Of a stretch of DNA of 64,000 bases, positions 13,020 to 25,354 are shown in pieces (positions within the stretch are counted from its first letter, which is position 1; every line of letters starts with the position of its first letter). Both the position numbers and the translations under genes were made by a program. The notes beneath the pieces are model-generated. The model was given only the letters and a program-made list of their open reading frames with translations. It did no database searches and was not told the origin of the DNA. Where the stretch lies: the NCBI GenBank assembly GCA_053919585.1, contig CM132808.1; one strand, 5' to 3'. This DNA comes from Euprymna scolopes. Its lineage: Eukaryota.

Positions 13020-13038
13020 TCAAAGTGTAGTATCTGTT
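13020..13038 (+). other. U2-derived motif at LINE 3' junction (apparent TSD)
   Basis: TCAAAGTGTAGTATCTGTT, identical to 7885-7903. Confidence 0.8.
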
Positions 13039-13590
13039 GTTGAAATCCTTCACGACTGAGACAATTTTTATTTTTGTACCTTTTCTCCACGTTAAAATTC
13101 TGTGGTGACTTTTGGAGGTGCCTATTGTTCATAGGTTAACATGCTGATTTCTCACTCTGATTTTAATGACAGGTGCCAAAAAAAAAAAAAATGGAGTCTC
13201 CATTTTCGGCGATAAACTGTAGAAGTACCAGAAAAACTTTTTGCCAAAGTTGAAAAATTATTCACAAATTTTGAATGAATTTGATTTTTATTTTTAATTA
13301 CATTTAATGTCTTTTTCTCGACAAATATTTAAGGTACTCTTGCATAATTAGACCCGAATTTTCGTGAATTCCCGCCAAGCAGCATGGATCAGGCAGGACT
13401 GGCAATTATCGGTAACAGACGCAGACTAATGAATAAAACAAAACAAACCGGAAAAAATACAAATGCAAATAATAAAAAAAAAGTATATTTCATTTTAGTA
13501 TTTCATTTTTTTTGCTAGTTTTTTTTTTTTTTTTGCAAAATATTTATCAACAGAAAGTTTTTTTTTCTCCAAGGAAAGATTTTTTTAACC

Positions 13591-14226
13591 TGTAAGAATT
13601 TCTCTTACTCGTTTTTGCCTTTGGCAGAATGAAAGAGACACTCAGAAAAGCAACAAAGGCTCACCTTAAATTCCAAGAATATTTTATTTACAAGAAAGGT
13701 AAAATGAGTCCATATTTGCAAAAGAGTGCACCTCTTTAGCTTCGGCCAAATGGCAGGTAGTTTATGCCTCGAAAGGTGTAGATAGTTTTCTTCTATGGAA
13801 GATGCTGGTTGAATTCGGCCGCTCATAGAAGTGGTTGAGGGTTCTTCGAAATCCTTCCAGACTGGTCAAATAAGAACAACGCACATTGCGATCGATGTTC
13901 CATAATAAAGGATGCCCTCTTGCGGGCAATGATGATGGATGTAATTAGTCCATAAAACATTTTTGCCTCAGGCTTGTATCCGCATTTAAGTGAACGGAGA
14001 TAACAAATAGAAAAGAACCCTGCCTTATAGTTCATTTGGCACGGAGCGAGACACCACGCGTCTGCTTTGCTCGACACGGAATGGAAATCTGTTTGAAGAT
14101 ACACAATATTCCCGCCAATTCCTGAATCCTCCGCAGCAACTGAAACAATGCAATTTCATTGGTCAAAATAACCGCGTGATGGAACAATCTAGCAGTTATC
14201 GCCCTTGCATTCTGAAATTTCTAACA
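13591..14226 (-). repeat. BEL 3' LTR
   Basis: Near-identical to 20567-21200 (by eye about 9 substitutions and 2 small indels). Confidence 0.95.
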
Positions 14227-14495
14227 CACTGCCAAAGGAAGGAAGAGAAAGAAATGGATTACTCATTTCTTTCTTTTTTTTATTGGGAAATTAATGATTG
14301 TCGCCTATTTGGACAAGTTATCACAATGAAATTCTGTCCCAAAGGACTTAATATTAACACAATAATAGTAATTAAATTCAATGTGTGTCTGTTGTCAATC
14401 TGAACTTATTACGATCTCTCTATAGCAAACAGAGAATTTATTAGTAATAAAAGGTATGACTCTACTGATGAGTCTATAAAAGGAATATACAATTA

Positions 14496-17400
14496 TTAAC
14501 TTGGTGTTTGGTCCGCACAATCCAGACACACCCAATCTTCAACGGTAACTTGTTGGTTGACCCCCACACAACCAAAATGGTACCACTCATTGCACGAGTC
14601 GCAACACACGATAGGTGTTGTTCCGTCGTTGGCGACTGAACATGTAGGGCAAAAGAAGGGGCCTCCTTCTTCCGCAAATTCTGCTAATGCAGGTTCAGGG
14701 TTATGTTTTATCTCTAAAGGATAAATATTTTTAAAGGAATGAATTTGTACATACCCGTTTTTCAGCACTGAGGCTGAACGAACCCTGTTGTCCTTTCCGA
14801 CCAATAATTTTACTACCTTACCCAACCTCCAGACTTATTAGGAGCTTTGATAAGAACAATTTCACCCTCTGATATTTTAGAGGTTTCATTTTCTGTAATG
14901 TGGGCGTCTACTTCTCTAATTGAGAGCAAGTAGTCATTATGCCAACTACGTTTAAATTTACTGACAAATTCATCCCTCATTTCAAGGGAATGTAAGAGCG
15001 AATTTCTATTTGGAGGTTCTGGACAAGGGTCCTCTGAACCGCTAAGATTGATAAGCAGGCGGGAATGATATCCTGTCTGCAAAAAATGGTTGGGAGTCAA
15101 CCCATCAAGGCCTCTATCAGAAGCTGAAATAAATGTTAGTGGCCTATCATTTATGGCCTTTTGAACATCTGAAAGGGCGATTAGGAACTCGAAATAACCG
15201 ACCCTCCTCCTACCCAACAACTTGGAAAGACACTGTTTCACAGTTTTAATTAATCTCTCCCATACTCCACCATGCCATGCAGAGTACAGGGGAATTGTAT
15301 AACGAACAATAGTAGTGAATTTGAAATGTTCTCTAAATTCATCAGACACAAATATGTCTGATAATATAATACCCGATGCTATGAAGGATTTAGCATTGTC
15401 GGAATACATATGAGTTGGTACACCAAATAAGTTGGTGAACCTAACGAACGCTAACAAGAAAGATCTTGCGCTCATGTCCGGTACCAATTCCAAGTGTATG
15501 GCACGTAAACTCCTGCAAGTAAACAGTAGGATGTACATTTTGACATTCTCATTATTGTTTTTGACAAAAACATATCCAGTAATTCCACCCCTACACATTT
15601 GAAGGGCCGGACAAAATTTACTCTATCAGAAGGCAGTTGAGACCCAGAGGGTGCTTTGTACGGTAGAGAATTAATTCTCTTACATATAACACAGTCACGG
15701 AGAACCGACTTCACCGCCTGTCTCCCTTGGGGGATCCAAAAACCCGATAGCCTCACCTTGCTAAGGGTTGAATTTGCTCCCATATGACAACAATTCTGGT
15801 GGGCTTCAATAATGACCAATTTGGTCAGGTGGGTATTTTTTCCTAACAATATAGGAAATTTCACTTCATATGGAAAAACCTCGGAGTTCTGAATACATCC
15901 TTGAGTCCGTATCAGTCCTTCCCTATCTAGGAATAACCCAAGGGCCGTAACTCTTGGGGGAGCAGCCCTATTAGAGGGTTGTTGCAAATAAGCAAGTTCT
16001 GTGGGAAACGCTTCCCTTTGTAAATGAGAGAAGAGCAACAATTTAGCTCTCTTGACGGTGTCAGTCTTTCGGTGACGTAATTTATCACCGAATCTCACAA
16101 CTTTTTCTAAGACATTAATAGCCTTAGTTAATGAGGAAAAATCAGATATTTTAATTGGCAAGTGATTCTCATTAGAAGCAGTTTCATCCGAGAACATACA
16201 TGTTACCATCTTCCTGTTAACATTGTTAAGACAAGGCAAGGGGGACGTGGGCCAGCTGATTTCAACTTGATTAAGCCAATCTGGTCTGCAGGTCCAAAAT
16301 TTGAAAAATTGTTTGAACTTAGAGGCAGTAATACCTCTGATTAAAAGATCAGCCGGGTTATCCGACGAAGGAACATATCTAAATTTAGGGTTTATCCCAT
16401 ATTTAAGTTTAATGTTTTCAATGAACTTATTAATGTCTGACACGCGATTTTCTACAAATATATTTTCTCTCGCAGCCTTCCCATTCAAAATCCATGACAG
16501 GGCTACTTGTGCGTCAGACACGACAAAAAAGGATTTGATATTGATGGGCGCTAGAGCACCCAAAACTTGTGGAATAACTTTAAACGCTAGAAATATAGCT
16601 AATAATTCCAAAACAGGTAGTGATTTTCCCTTGATGGGTGCCACTTTTGCCTTGGCAAATATCAAGGAACACTGAGCACCTTGTTTCGCATACACGGAAA
16701 ACCCATAAGCGTGCTTAGAAGCATCGCTAAAGCAAATAATTTCGACAGGGGATTCCGCTAGGAGAGTACATCTAGGAAATTCAAAGTCCTCTATACAATT
16801 CAGCTCGTTGGCATGTGCTTGCCACGTGGCCTTAACTTCTTCAGGGATTTGTTGATCCCAAGACAACTCCTTTTTCCACAGTTGACTAATAATAATCTTC
16901 CCCTGCACGGTGACAGGAAGAAGTAAAGATAATGGATCATATAGACTTGAGACTTGAGATAATATCTTGCGTTTGGTATTGGCATTGCCATCTATTACAG
17001 ATGGAGCGAGTTTAAGGGTATCCCTTTCAACAGAATATTGATACCCCAGCACCTTTTCAAAGGTGGGGGAAGAAGACTAGATAGTACCATCTTCCATCAT
17101 TTTATTTTGTATGCTCGTGCAATTGGAGTTGCAGGATTGGAGTTCAAACCCCGCTTCTCCGAGTCTGTCGCAGACTTTATTATACACATGGGTTAGAGTA
17201 TCTCGGTCACTATTAGTAGTAACTAAATTGTCAACATAAAAATTATTGGAAATCGAATGTGAAGCTAAATCGGCTTCATATTTTTTGGCATGATGCTTAA
17301 GTATCAAGCTTAATATAAAAGGGTTGGCATTGAACCCAAATATAATAGTATTAAATCGGTAGGCACACAATTTGCCATCTACCTTGAGGAAAAAACAAAA

Positions 17401-19888
17401 TCTATTTTTATCTTCAATAGATTTTAACCTGATCTGTAAAAAAGCTTTGCACAAATCGCCCAAAAGCACATATTTTTCTTTTCGGAAAGTTAGTAGAATA
17501 TCTAGCAACAATGCAATCATGTTAACACCCGAATAAGCAGCGTCGTTAATCGAAATGCTACCTTTACGTTTCAACGAACAATTGAAAACAGGGCGGATTT
17601 TTGTAGTTATTCCCAGACCTTCTTTAATTACTGGCCGATGGGGAATCCATTTTAATTCTCATAAGTTCCATGGGGAATGGAGAAAGGTTCGATAATTCCG
17701 CAGTCTTCATATTCTTTGAAGACCTGTATATAATCGTTATACAGTCCTTTTCCTTCCAAGGACTGGGCCACCCTATGCATTATTCGCAGTGAAGGCACAT
17801 AATTGGACTCCACCTTGAGAAGCTTGTCATACTCCCAAGGCAGCTCGACATAATATTTTCCTTCCTTGAGAACTATAGCCTCTTCGAAGGTATTTATTTT
17901 ATCTTTATCAATTGAAGACAACTGGTTGGCATCCTCGATGCCTATGGAGTCCAGAGAAAAAAACTTTTCTACTCCACGTTCAACAGCAGGACCGTCAAAA
18001 AAAGGTTGCAGCACATCCTCATAAGATGCTACTGGCTTTAATACACTATCAATTAAATATGACTGACACATAGGGAGTGTTTTAATAACTTGATCGAAGG
18101 CTGGCAATTTTTCCACAGCCTTATTTTTGTTTAAAAAACTTTACCCCTCACCGAAGGGAATGATATAATTGGGGAGTTTTCAAGCGGAACCTCCCAGGCA
18201 CTTAATTAAACTGAGATTATGGATTCTAGGAATAAGATCCAGGCCAATGATACCGAGAATGTTAGAACCGTTTAGTTCAGAATAACCAGGGCAAAACTTA
18301 TACCCTTTTTCAGTTAAATTCGACGTAATCTCGTCGAACCTGTTTACGTTAAATTTCAATTTCAAATTTTCAGCAAACAATGCAGAATGATAAAAAGGAC
18401 GCTGATGTCCCAATTTAATAGACACTTCCAGCTCTGAAAGATGTAAGGACTTATTCCCCACAAGGGTATTGACGGACATTTGTACAGTCTCAGGATTTAG
18501 ATTACGGTTGTGAATCAACCGGTCCAGAATTATTTTAGAGAAAAAGGATTTTTGGCTACCCGTATCTATCAGACAGAAAAAATAAACTGGGTGCCCTTTA
18601 ACCTTCATAGATATCTTGAGTACAGGACTAATACTCTTGTCCTGATCCGCCACGAAAGTACGTCCCACAAAGGACCTAGAGCCTTTAGAACACATTAAGG
18701 AATAATGGTTTTTTAGACCACAATTACTGCAATGGAAGGGGAACCCCTTAACCCCCCTGCAACTGGACTCTGAGTGCTCACCGAGGCACCGGAGACATAA
18801 TCTTAATTCTTTCGTTCAAATAATTTTAGATTCCGATTTTGGAAATTTAGAACAAACTCTTGTCAGGTGCCCATCAACCTGACACAATTTACAAAATTTA
18901 TTTTCGCCATTTTTGATGAAAGACTTAGAGTTATCATTACTCTGAAAGGACTTGATTTGTTTTGGCTCCGAATTCTTTGCCACGAGGGTTCCAGCATTCA
19001 ACGAACCCGACATGTTTGGCGGGAAATTTTCCTGCCTTGACGCATTTAAAGGCGACGCCATTATTATGTCTATAACGTCAAACGTATACGTTAAAATAGA
19101 CTTTAAAGAAGGAAACCGTTCACAGGATTTATTCATTATTTCTCTGCAAACACTGTTCAGAAATTTAGCGAACAGAATATGAGCTATTAATCTTCCTGAG
19201 GTGGATTTATCTGTAAGAAAATCCGTGCCAAAGGAATTATCCATCTCCGTCAGTTTGAGTTTGACTCGCTGGAGAAGGATTCTGATATCCCTCAAAGACG
19301 CATAATGCTCTGGTTGCGGAATAATGTCATCGAATATTTTGTTCATAATTGCTGAAGGATTTAAATATTTTTCCTTCAGACACTCCAAAGCTGCGTCGTA
19401 ATTCTCGGGAATCACATCAAACCTAGAAATAATATTAAACGCCTCTCCTGATAATTTGGATTTTAGCAATAATAATTTATCTGCACTTTTCATGTTCGCA
19501 GTACAGAATTCAAATTTCCTTAGGAACCCACGGAATTCAAACTTATTGGGAGTTGGATCCCCACTAAAGGGGGGGGGGGGCACTCCAACTCCATTTTCAT
19601 GGGAACAATATCCCTTGATTTCTCAATCTCCGGCTGGAGCTCAGCCAGTCTGTCATGGACTCCCGCCTTAAACATTTCGAAGTCACAACAGATATTTAGT
19701 CTTTCCTCATCTGGGGACTTTAAAATTAACTGATCTGATAAATCGTCCACTTCAGACAACCGTTTCTCGATGTCGGAAGAAAAGTTATTTATACAACGCC
19801 CACCTCCTCTCTCGTTCATCCAATCCAAAGAAGCCGTTATACGAAACTTCTTAGCCTCTATTCGACCAAGGAGATTTGAATTTGTCAT
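14496..19888 (-). pseudogene. BEL gag-pol polyprotein (multiple stops and frameshifts) ending in a PHD finger
   Basis: Colinear ORF fragments 19520-19906, 18816-19583, 18180-18695, 17652-18116, 17077-17574, 15472-17052, 14813-15598 and 14496-14825. Confidence 0.92.
14517..14657 (-). other. PHD finger (C4HC3) at the integrase C-terminus
   Basis: FFCPTC...CDSCNEWYHFGC...WVCLDC, canonical PHD spacing. Confidence 0.92.
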
Positions 19889-20566
19889 GTTCGAAGGACA
19901 CAACACAAGAAAAAAAAATGGCCGTTCCCACGTGAAGAAATAAAAGCAAAGGGCGCGAAAAAGATTCTCCGACGAGAAACAACTATTATTTGAAGGGGGT
20001 TACGTCAACAAAATTCAAAACTCTCAATGAACAAGGAATTTAAACCCATAAGGAAAGTTCAGACCGACATTACGACAACACATTTCAACAATGAATCAAT
20101 TATAAATTCAAGAATTTAATATATATTTGCTTTCCATACATTATTTAAATGATTACAATTATCGTAAAATATTTGAAAGGTATTTTTTTTTACGAATTAA
20201 AACTTCAGTTTACAATTTACATGAAATAATTTTTTTTTTTTTTTCCAATGAACTTCAGTTACAATTTACATGAAATAATATTTATTTTCAATGAATAAGT
20301 TCTTTTATGGACCATTACAATTTAATATAAGAATGAATATTCAATATATTATTTTTTTTTTTTTCAAAGCACATGGTCTTTTAAGGACCATTACAAATTA
20401 AATATAAAAATGAATATTAAATATTTTTTTTTTTAAAGGCGACACAATGAAAGGAAAAAATCCAAAATAATGGGGGGGGGGATAGAAATCTTATGCAATA
20501 AGAACGTTATTACTCATAAGAAAAAAAAAATTGGAGGGGGGGGGATTTCTTTTGCAATAAAAACGG

Positions 20567-21200
20567 TGTAAGAATTTCTCTTACTCGTTTTTGCCTTTGG
20601 CAGAATGAAAGAGACACTCAGAAAAGCAACAAAGGCTCACCTTAAATTCCAAGAATATTTTATTTACAAGAAAGGTAAAATGAGTCCATATTTGCAAAAG
20701 AGTGCACCTCTTTAGCTTCGGCCAAATGGCAGGTAGTTTATGCCTCGAAAGGTGTAGATAGTTTTCTTCTATGGAAGATGCTGGTTGAATTCGGCCGCTC
20801 GTAGAAGTGGTTGAGGGTTCTTCAAAATCCTTCCAGACTGGTCAAATAAGAACGCACATTGCGATCGATGTTCCATAATAAAGGATGCCCTCTTGCGGGC
20901 AATGCTGATGGATGTAATTAGTCCATAAAACATTTTTGCCTCAGGCTTGTATCCGCATTTAAGTGCGCGGAGATAACAAATAGAAAAGAACCCTGCCTTA
21001 TAGTTCATTTGGCACGGAGCGAGACACCACGCGTCTGCTTTGCTCGACACGGAATGGAAATCTGTTTGAAGAAATACAATATTCCCGCCAATTCCTGAAT
21101 CCTCCGCAGCAACTGAAACAATGCAATTTCATTTGTCAAAATAATCGCGTGATTGGAACAATCTAGCAGTTATCGCCCTTGCATTCTGAAATTTCTAACA
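20567..21200 (-). repeat. BEL 5' LTR
   Basis: Direct repeat of 13591-14226. Confidence 0.95.
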
Positions 21201-21901
21201 AACCATATAATTGTTAGCTGTAAGTTTTTTTTTCTTTTTTGTAACCATATTTTTTTTTCTCTTTTTTTATTGTTGTTCAGTCAAGTTCTTTTGGTGGCAC
21301 TGTCCATTTGTACATCTCCAGGAGAAACCATCCTTTACACACGATCTTTTTTTAAAGTAAACATTTGTGTTTACAATTGTTGCATCTCATTTTTGGGGAC
21401 AGCAATTTCTTCTCCTGGCAATATGAGTGTCTGCATCGATGTTTTCATTTCTTTTTCTAATATGTATAGATTTATTTTCTTGCCTGTCATTTTTCTGTTT
21501 GGCGATTTTGAAAATATATTTGTCAGCTTTTTTTTGTTGTTGTTGGTTTAGTCACTTTCTTCCAATTCGAATGTCGTCTGCTTCCATTTGGATAGTGCTT
21601 TTTCTTTGGGCTAATCAAACTCCCAAAAATTCAATTAAAAAAAATAATAAATAAATAAGTAACTAATCAGAAAATAAAAAGTCACCCCCACCCCTTAATA
21701 TTACCTTAAAAATTACTATAAACATAACAGAAAAAAAAATTAAATAAAATAAAAAGTAAAGTTAGCGTTTCAACATTTGAACAACGCTTGGCTGACACCG
21801 ATGATTGCCGGTCTCGCCCGATCCATGCTTGACGGGAATTCACAAGAATTCGGGTCAAATTATGCAAGAGTACCATATTTAAATATCGATTTTGCATTTT
21901 T

Positions 21902-21906
<5 letters not shown>

Positions 21907-21942
<36 letters not shown>
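21907..21942. repeat. (TA)n microsatellite
   Basis: About 18 TA units. Confidence 0.95.
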
Positions 21943-21944
<2 letters not shown>

Positions 21945-22879
21945 CGGATAGATTAGTTTCCATTCAATAATCTGCTGAAAACAGAAGATAAAACTTTAAA
22001 AAATATATATATAAGGGTTGTACCGCTCGTACACGTGAATCAAAAAAAAAAAAAATCATATTTTACATCTTCTGTTCAAAGTGAAACAATATTTTTTAAA
22101 TTTGACTACTATCCAAATTTTTTAAATATTTATATGGTTGATAACAAAATAGCTCTAACTAAACATGTAAGAAATTTTTTTTACAACCACAATTTCAATT
22201 AAAAAAAATCGATCTGGAATAAAAATCAACAACAAAAAAAAAAAACGTCTCTTTACACCATGCTATTGCTGCTAATGCTATTACTAATACTACATTCAAA
22301 CTAAAAACGATTTTTCCCCGATATCATGTTTTTAAATTGATACGTACCACAAACTATTATTCTTTCAACGGATAAACATAGTAAAAAGATTGTTTTATTT
22401 AAAAGTGGGTGTCCGATTTCACAATTTTCCAAACTCGTCATGTTGAAATCTTTTTTTTAACACAACAAAAAAAAAATGAGTGGTCAAATATATTTCAGAC
22501 ACCCAAAACTATTAAAATTGACATTCCTTTTGGCGAGTTTCCAAATTTCATAAAAAAAATTCTTACTACAAACACAGTACGGACATTTACAAATAAAGGG
22601 GAGGGGGTCGTTACAAAATCTTACCAAAAACGCTGTTTTATGATGTTAACATTTTTATCACTTTATTTGCTTAAAACTTTTAAAAAATATAATGTACATT
22701 ATTATTTATTAATTCATTTGAAAGTATATTCATTTCCAAACAAAACGGTGGTATTTTGAAAACTTAAAGAGCTTTGGTTTGTAAAATATAACTATTTTAA
22801 CAGAAGCCCCTTGAAATCTGATTATCCAAAGCATTTTATCGTCCCTGTGTATTGCTATTCCATGTTTAAAAAGAATGTC

Positions 22880-25010
22880 CTCTATAGTATCAGACCTGAC
22901 GGAATGGTTAATTGTAGGTATAGAGTTTCATACCATCAAAAAAGTTCCAGCAAAAACCTAACAGCCAGCTGTGGTTCTCTCCAAAATGTGCTGCTGCCAT
23001 TGCACACAGAAATCACTTTTCCATTGTTTCCAACATAATAGATGTACTGAGACTAAAGCCGCCTTCAGGTTCGCCAGCAACCTCTGTAAAAAAGTAATAA
23101 AGAATGCGAGAGAGTTGTATGTTCAGTTCGTCAAGTCCAAAGTAGCTGAGCAGTGGCTAGGGTCCCACCAGTTTTGGCAAATAGCAAACAGAATCCTGAA
23201 CAGAAGTGTGTGCTCTATCCCAACTATCATTAATGGACCTGAGGTAATCTCATCAGCATCAGACAAAGCCAAACTCTTTGCCAAGAACTTTGCAGCCAAT
23301 TCTATCCTTTGCGACCAAGGCCGCCAGCCCCCAATTTTTCCTCCTGTATCTGAAAACACACTATATGACATACAAATATCTGTACGTGATGTTGCCAAGC
23401 TAATCAAAAACCTTGATTCCAGTAAAGCAACTGGTCTGACGGCATTCTAATTATAGTGTTCAAAAAGCTTCAACCAGAACTAGCGATGGGTGCTAGTTCT
23501 GGTTGAATCTTTTTGGGAATTATACAAAGTTATTTAAGTATTGTCTTAAAAAGGAATGTTTCCCAACACTTTGGAAAATCTCATCAGTATGCCCTGTATT
23601 TAAGAATTCAGGTGATCACTTATCTCCCTCTCAGTACAGACTAATAAGAGTAAGTTGCTGGAATCTGTTAAATAGAGAAGTAGTTAACCATCTCAACAAA
23701 AACAACCTTCTTAGTGACACGCAATATGGTTTCTGTTCTGCTAGATCTACAGCAGACGTGCTTACAGTTATATCTCATAGGATTAGTGAATCTTTCGACG
23801 GAGGCTTCCTCTCTAGAGCAATTGCTCTTGATATATCAAAGGCCTTTGATAGACTATGGCATAAAGGTTTACTTCACAAGATCTCTAGCTATGGTATCGC
23901 TGGAAATGTCTTCTCAATTAAATCATTTCTCTCTGATAGGTTCATAAGAGCAGTGGTTGATGGGCAGAAATCAGAAACTCTCAGTATCAATGCTGGAGTC
24001 CCTCAGGTGTCCATCCTGGACCCAACTCTTCCTGATCTACATTAATGATCTTCCAAATCACACCCTTACATCATTCATAGACATTTATGCTGATGACACT
24101 ACTATCTATGGTAGCACATCTAAGACTGTAAACGACCAAGTTCTCTCTGATTCTCTCTCCTCTGATCTTGAGCACGTGGTACAATGGAGAAAGAGGTGGC
24201 TTGTTACTTTTAACGCATCTAAAACCAAGCTTTTATCTTTACATCATCAACGCTCTGATCTCCATCTGGCATCAATTGAGGATGCCTCATGTTTTGACCA
24301 GCTTCTGGGCTTGACTTTTACTCCTGATCTTAAATGGAACACATACATTAAATCCGTTGCCAAGGCTGCTGGAAAAATGGTGGGATCCTTCTATTGCTCC
24401 AGTAGATATTTCACTCCTGGTGCAATTTTCTACCTATATAAAAGCCAGGTACAGCCAACGATGGCGTACTGTTGCCACATCTGAGCAGGAGCTGCTAGAA
24501 GCAGCTTATCCTGCCTTGACAGAGTTCAAAATAGACTTTGTAGCTTAGTGGGGGATGCCCTTTTCTCTTCCCTGCAACCTCTTTCCCACGTTGCGAGCCT
24601 GTCTCTACTTTATCATTATTTTCATGGCAAGTGCTCAGCTGAGCTTCAATCTATGCCCCCCCCCGTCAAACTTTCATGAAAAACACTCGTCTAGCCAAAA
24701 CCACTATCAATAATTTCCCACACTCTTTATCTGTGCCTAAACCTGAATGTAGATTCCATGGACAAAGCTTCTTTCTTAGAAGTGCACACCTGTTGAACTC
24801 ATCCGACTGCCTGCTTTCCAGCTGACTACAATCTAATTGTCTTCAAGTCCAACGTAAACAATTTCTTGATGAACCGTCCCCCTAAGTAATCCAATTTACA
24901 AAATTCCCACTGTCTATGTTTACTACACTATAATCACATTGACCCATTAACCCTTATCCTCGGGTGGCCTGCAGGCTTTGATAAGTGGTTATTCCTGTGT
25001 AAAAAGAAAA
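22880..25010 (+). mobile_element. CR1-group LINE (family A), 5'-truncated, degenerate RT plus 3' UTR and A-rich tail
   Basis: QYGF...RSTAD, ALDISKAFD, GVPQ, LFLIYINDLP, YADD, LYKSQV...YCCHI; the 3' UTR ends in an A-rich tail at about 25001. The 5' boundary is approximate. Confidence 0.85.
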
Positions 25011-25019
25011 ATTTTTTTT

Positions 25020-25190
25020 AAATCTGTGAATCAATAATTCAATCTGGCAATAGTTCACCACCCTGACAATGCTGAATTTCTCTCTAACCAACAGTATGGA
25101 TATAGGCCATTCTGTTCTACTGCACACTAAATGTGAAACTAGGGCAGTAGCTCTAGATATTTCCAAGGTTTTTGATAAAGTCTTCTCTGG
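25020..25190 (+). mobile_element. Short CR1-group RT fragment
   Basis: RAVALDISKVFDKV. Confidence 0.6.
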
Positions 25191-25217
25191 AAAATCGACT
25201 TGTACAGCCTTGTATCT

Positions 25218-25354
25218 NNNNNNNNNNNNNNNNNNNNNNNNNNNNNNNNNNNNNNNNNNNNNNNNNNNNNNNNNNNNNNNNNNNNNNNNNNNNNNNNNNN
25301 NNNNNNNNNNNNNNNNNNNNNNNNNNNNNNNNNNNNNNNNNNNNNNNNNNNNNN
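25218..25354. other. Assembly gap
   Basis: 137 N. Confidence 1.

Larger units (their letters stand above)
13591..21200 (-). mobile_element. BEL/Pao LTR retrotransposon, full-length, disabled
   Basis: Two ~635-bp TG...CA LTRs, with AACC repeated at both flanks. Gag with three CCHC knuckles, PR (LIDTGSQ), RT (YVDN), RNase H (FSDAS..AYG; LELLA; DNPADL), integrase (SDNA; GGVWERL) and a DUF5641-like tail. Confidence 0.95.
13333..21874 (-). mobile_element. Degenerate Merlin-like DNA transposon hosting the BEL insertion
   Basis: About 90-bp imperfect TIRs starting GGTACTCTTGCATAAT and a perfect 8-bp TSD ATATTTAA. A minus-strand remnant KDGFSWRC (about 21300-21340) resembles LDGFCWRC of the Merlin transposase at 32746-33627. 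Confidence 0.7.

Noticed and set aside
13605-14104. Small ORFs duplicated at 20769-21050
   Set aside because: They lie within the LTRs, have no recognisable domains, and are duplicated only because the LTR is.
14496-14825. Host PHD-protein exon
   Set aside because: It is in frame with the integrase tail and inside the LTR pair.
14496-19906. BEL being intact, with breaks due only to homopolymer sequencing errors
   Set aside because: One break is at a G12 run (19569-19580), but others are point stops (for example 18180, 18816, 17077), so the copy appears truly disabled.
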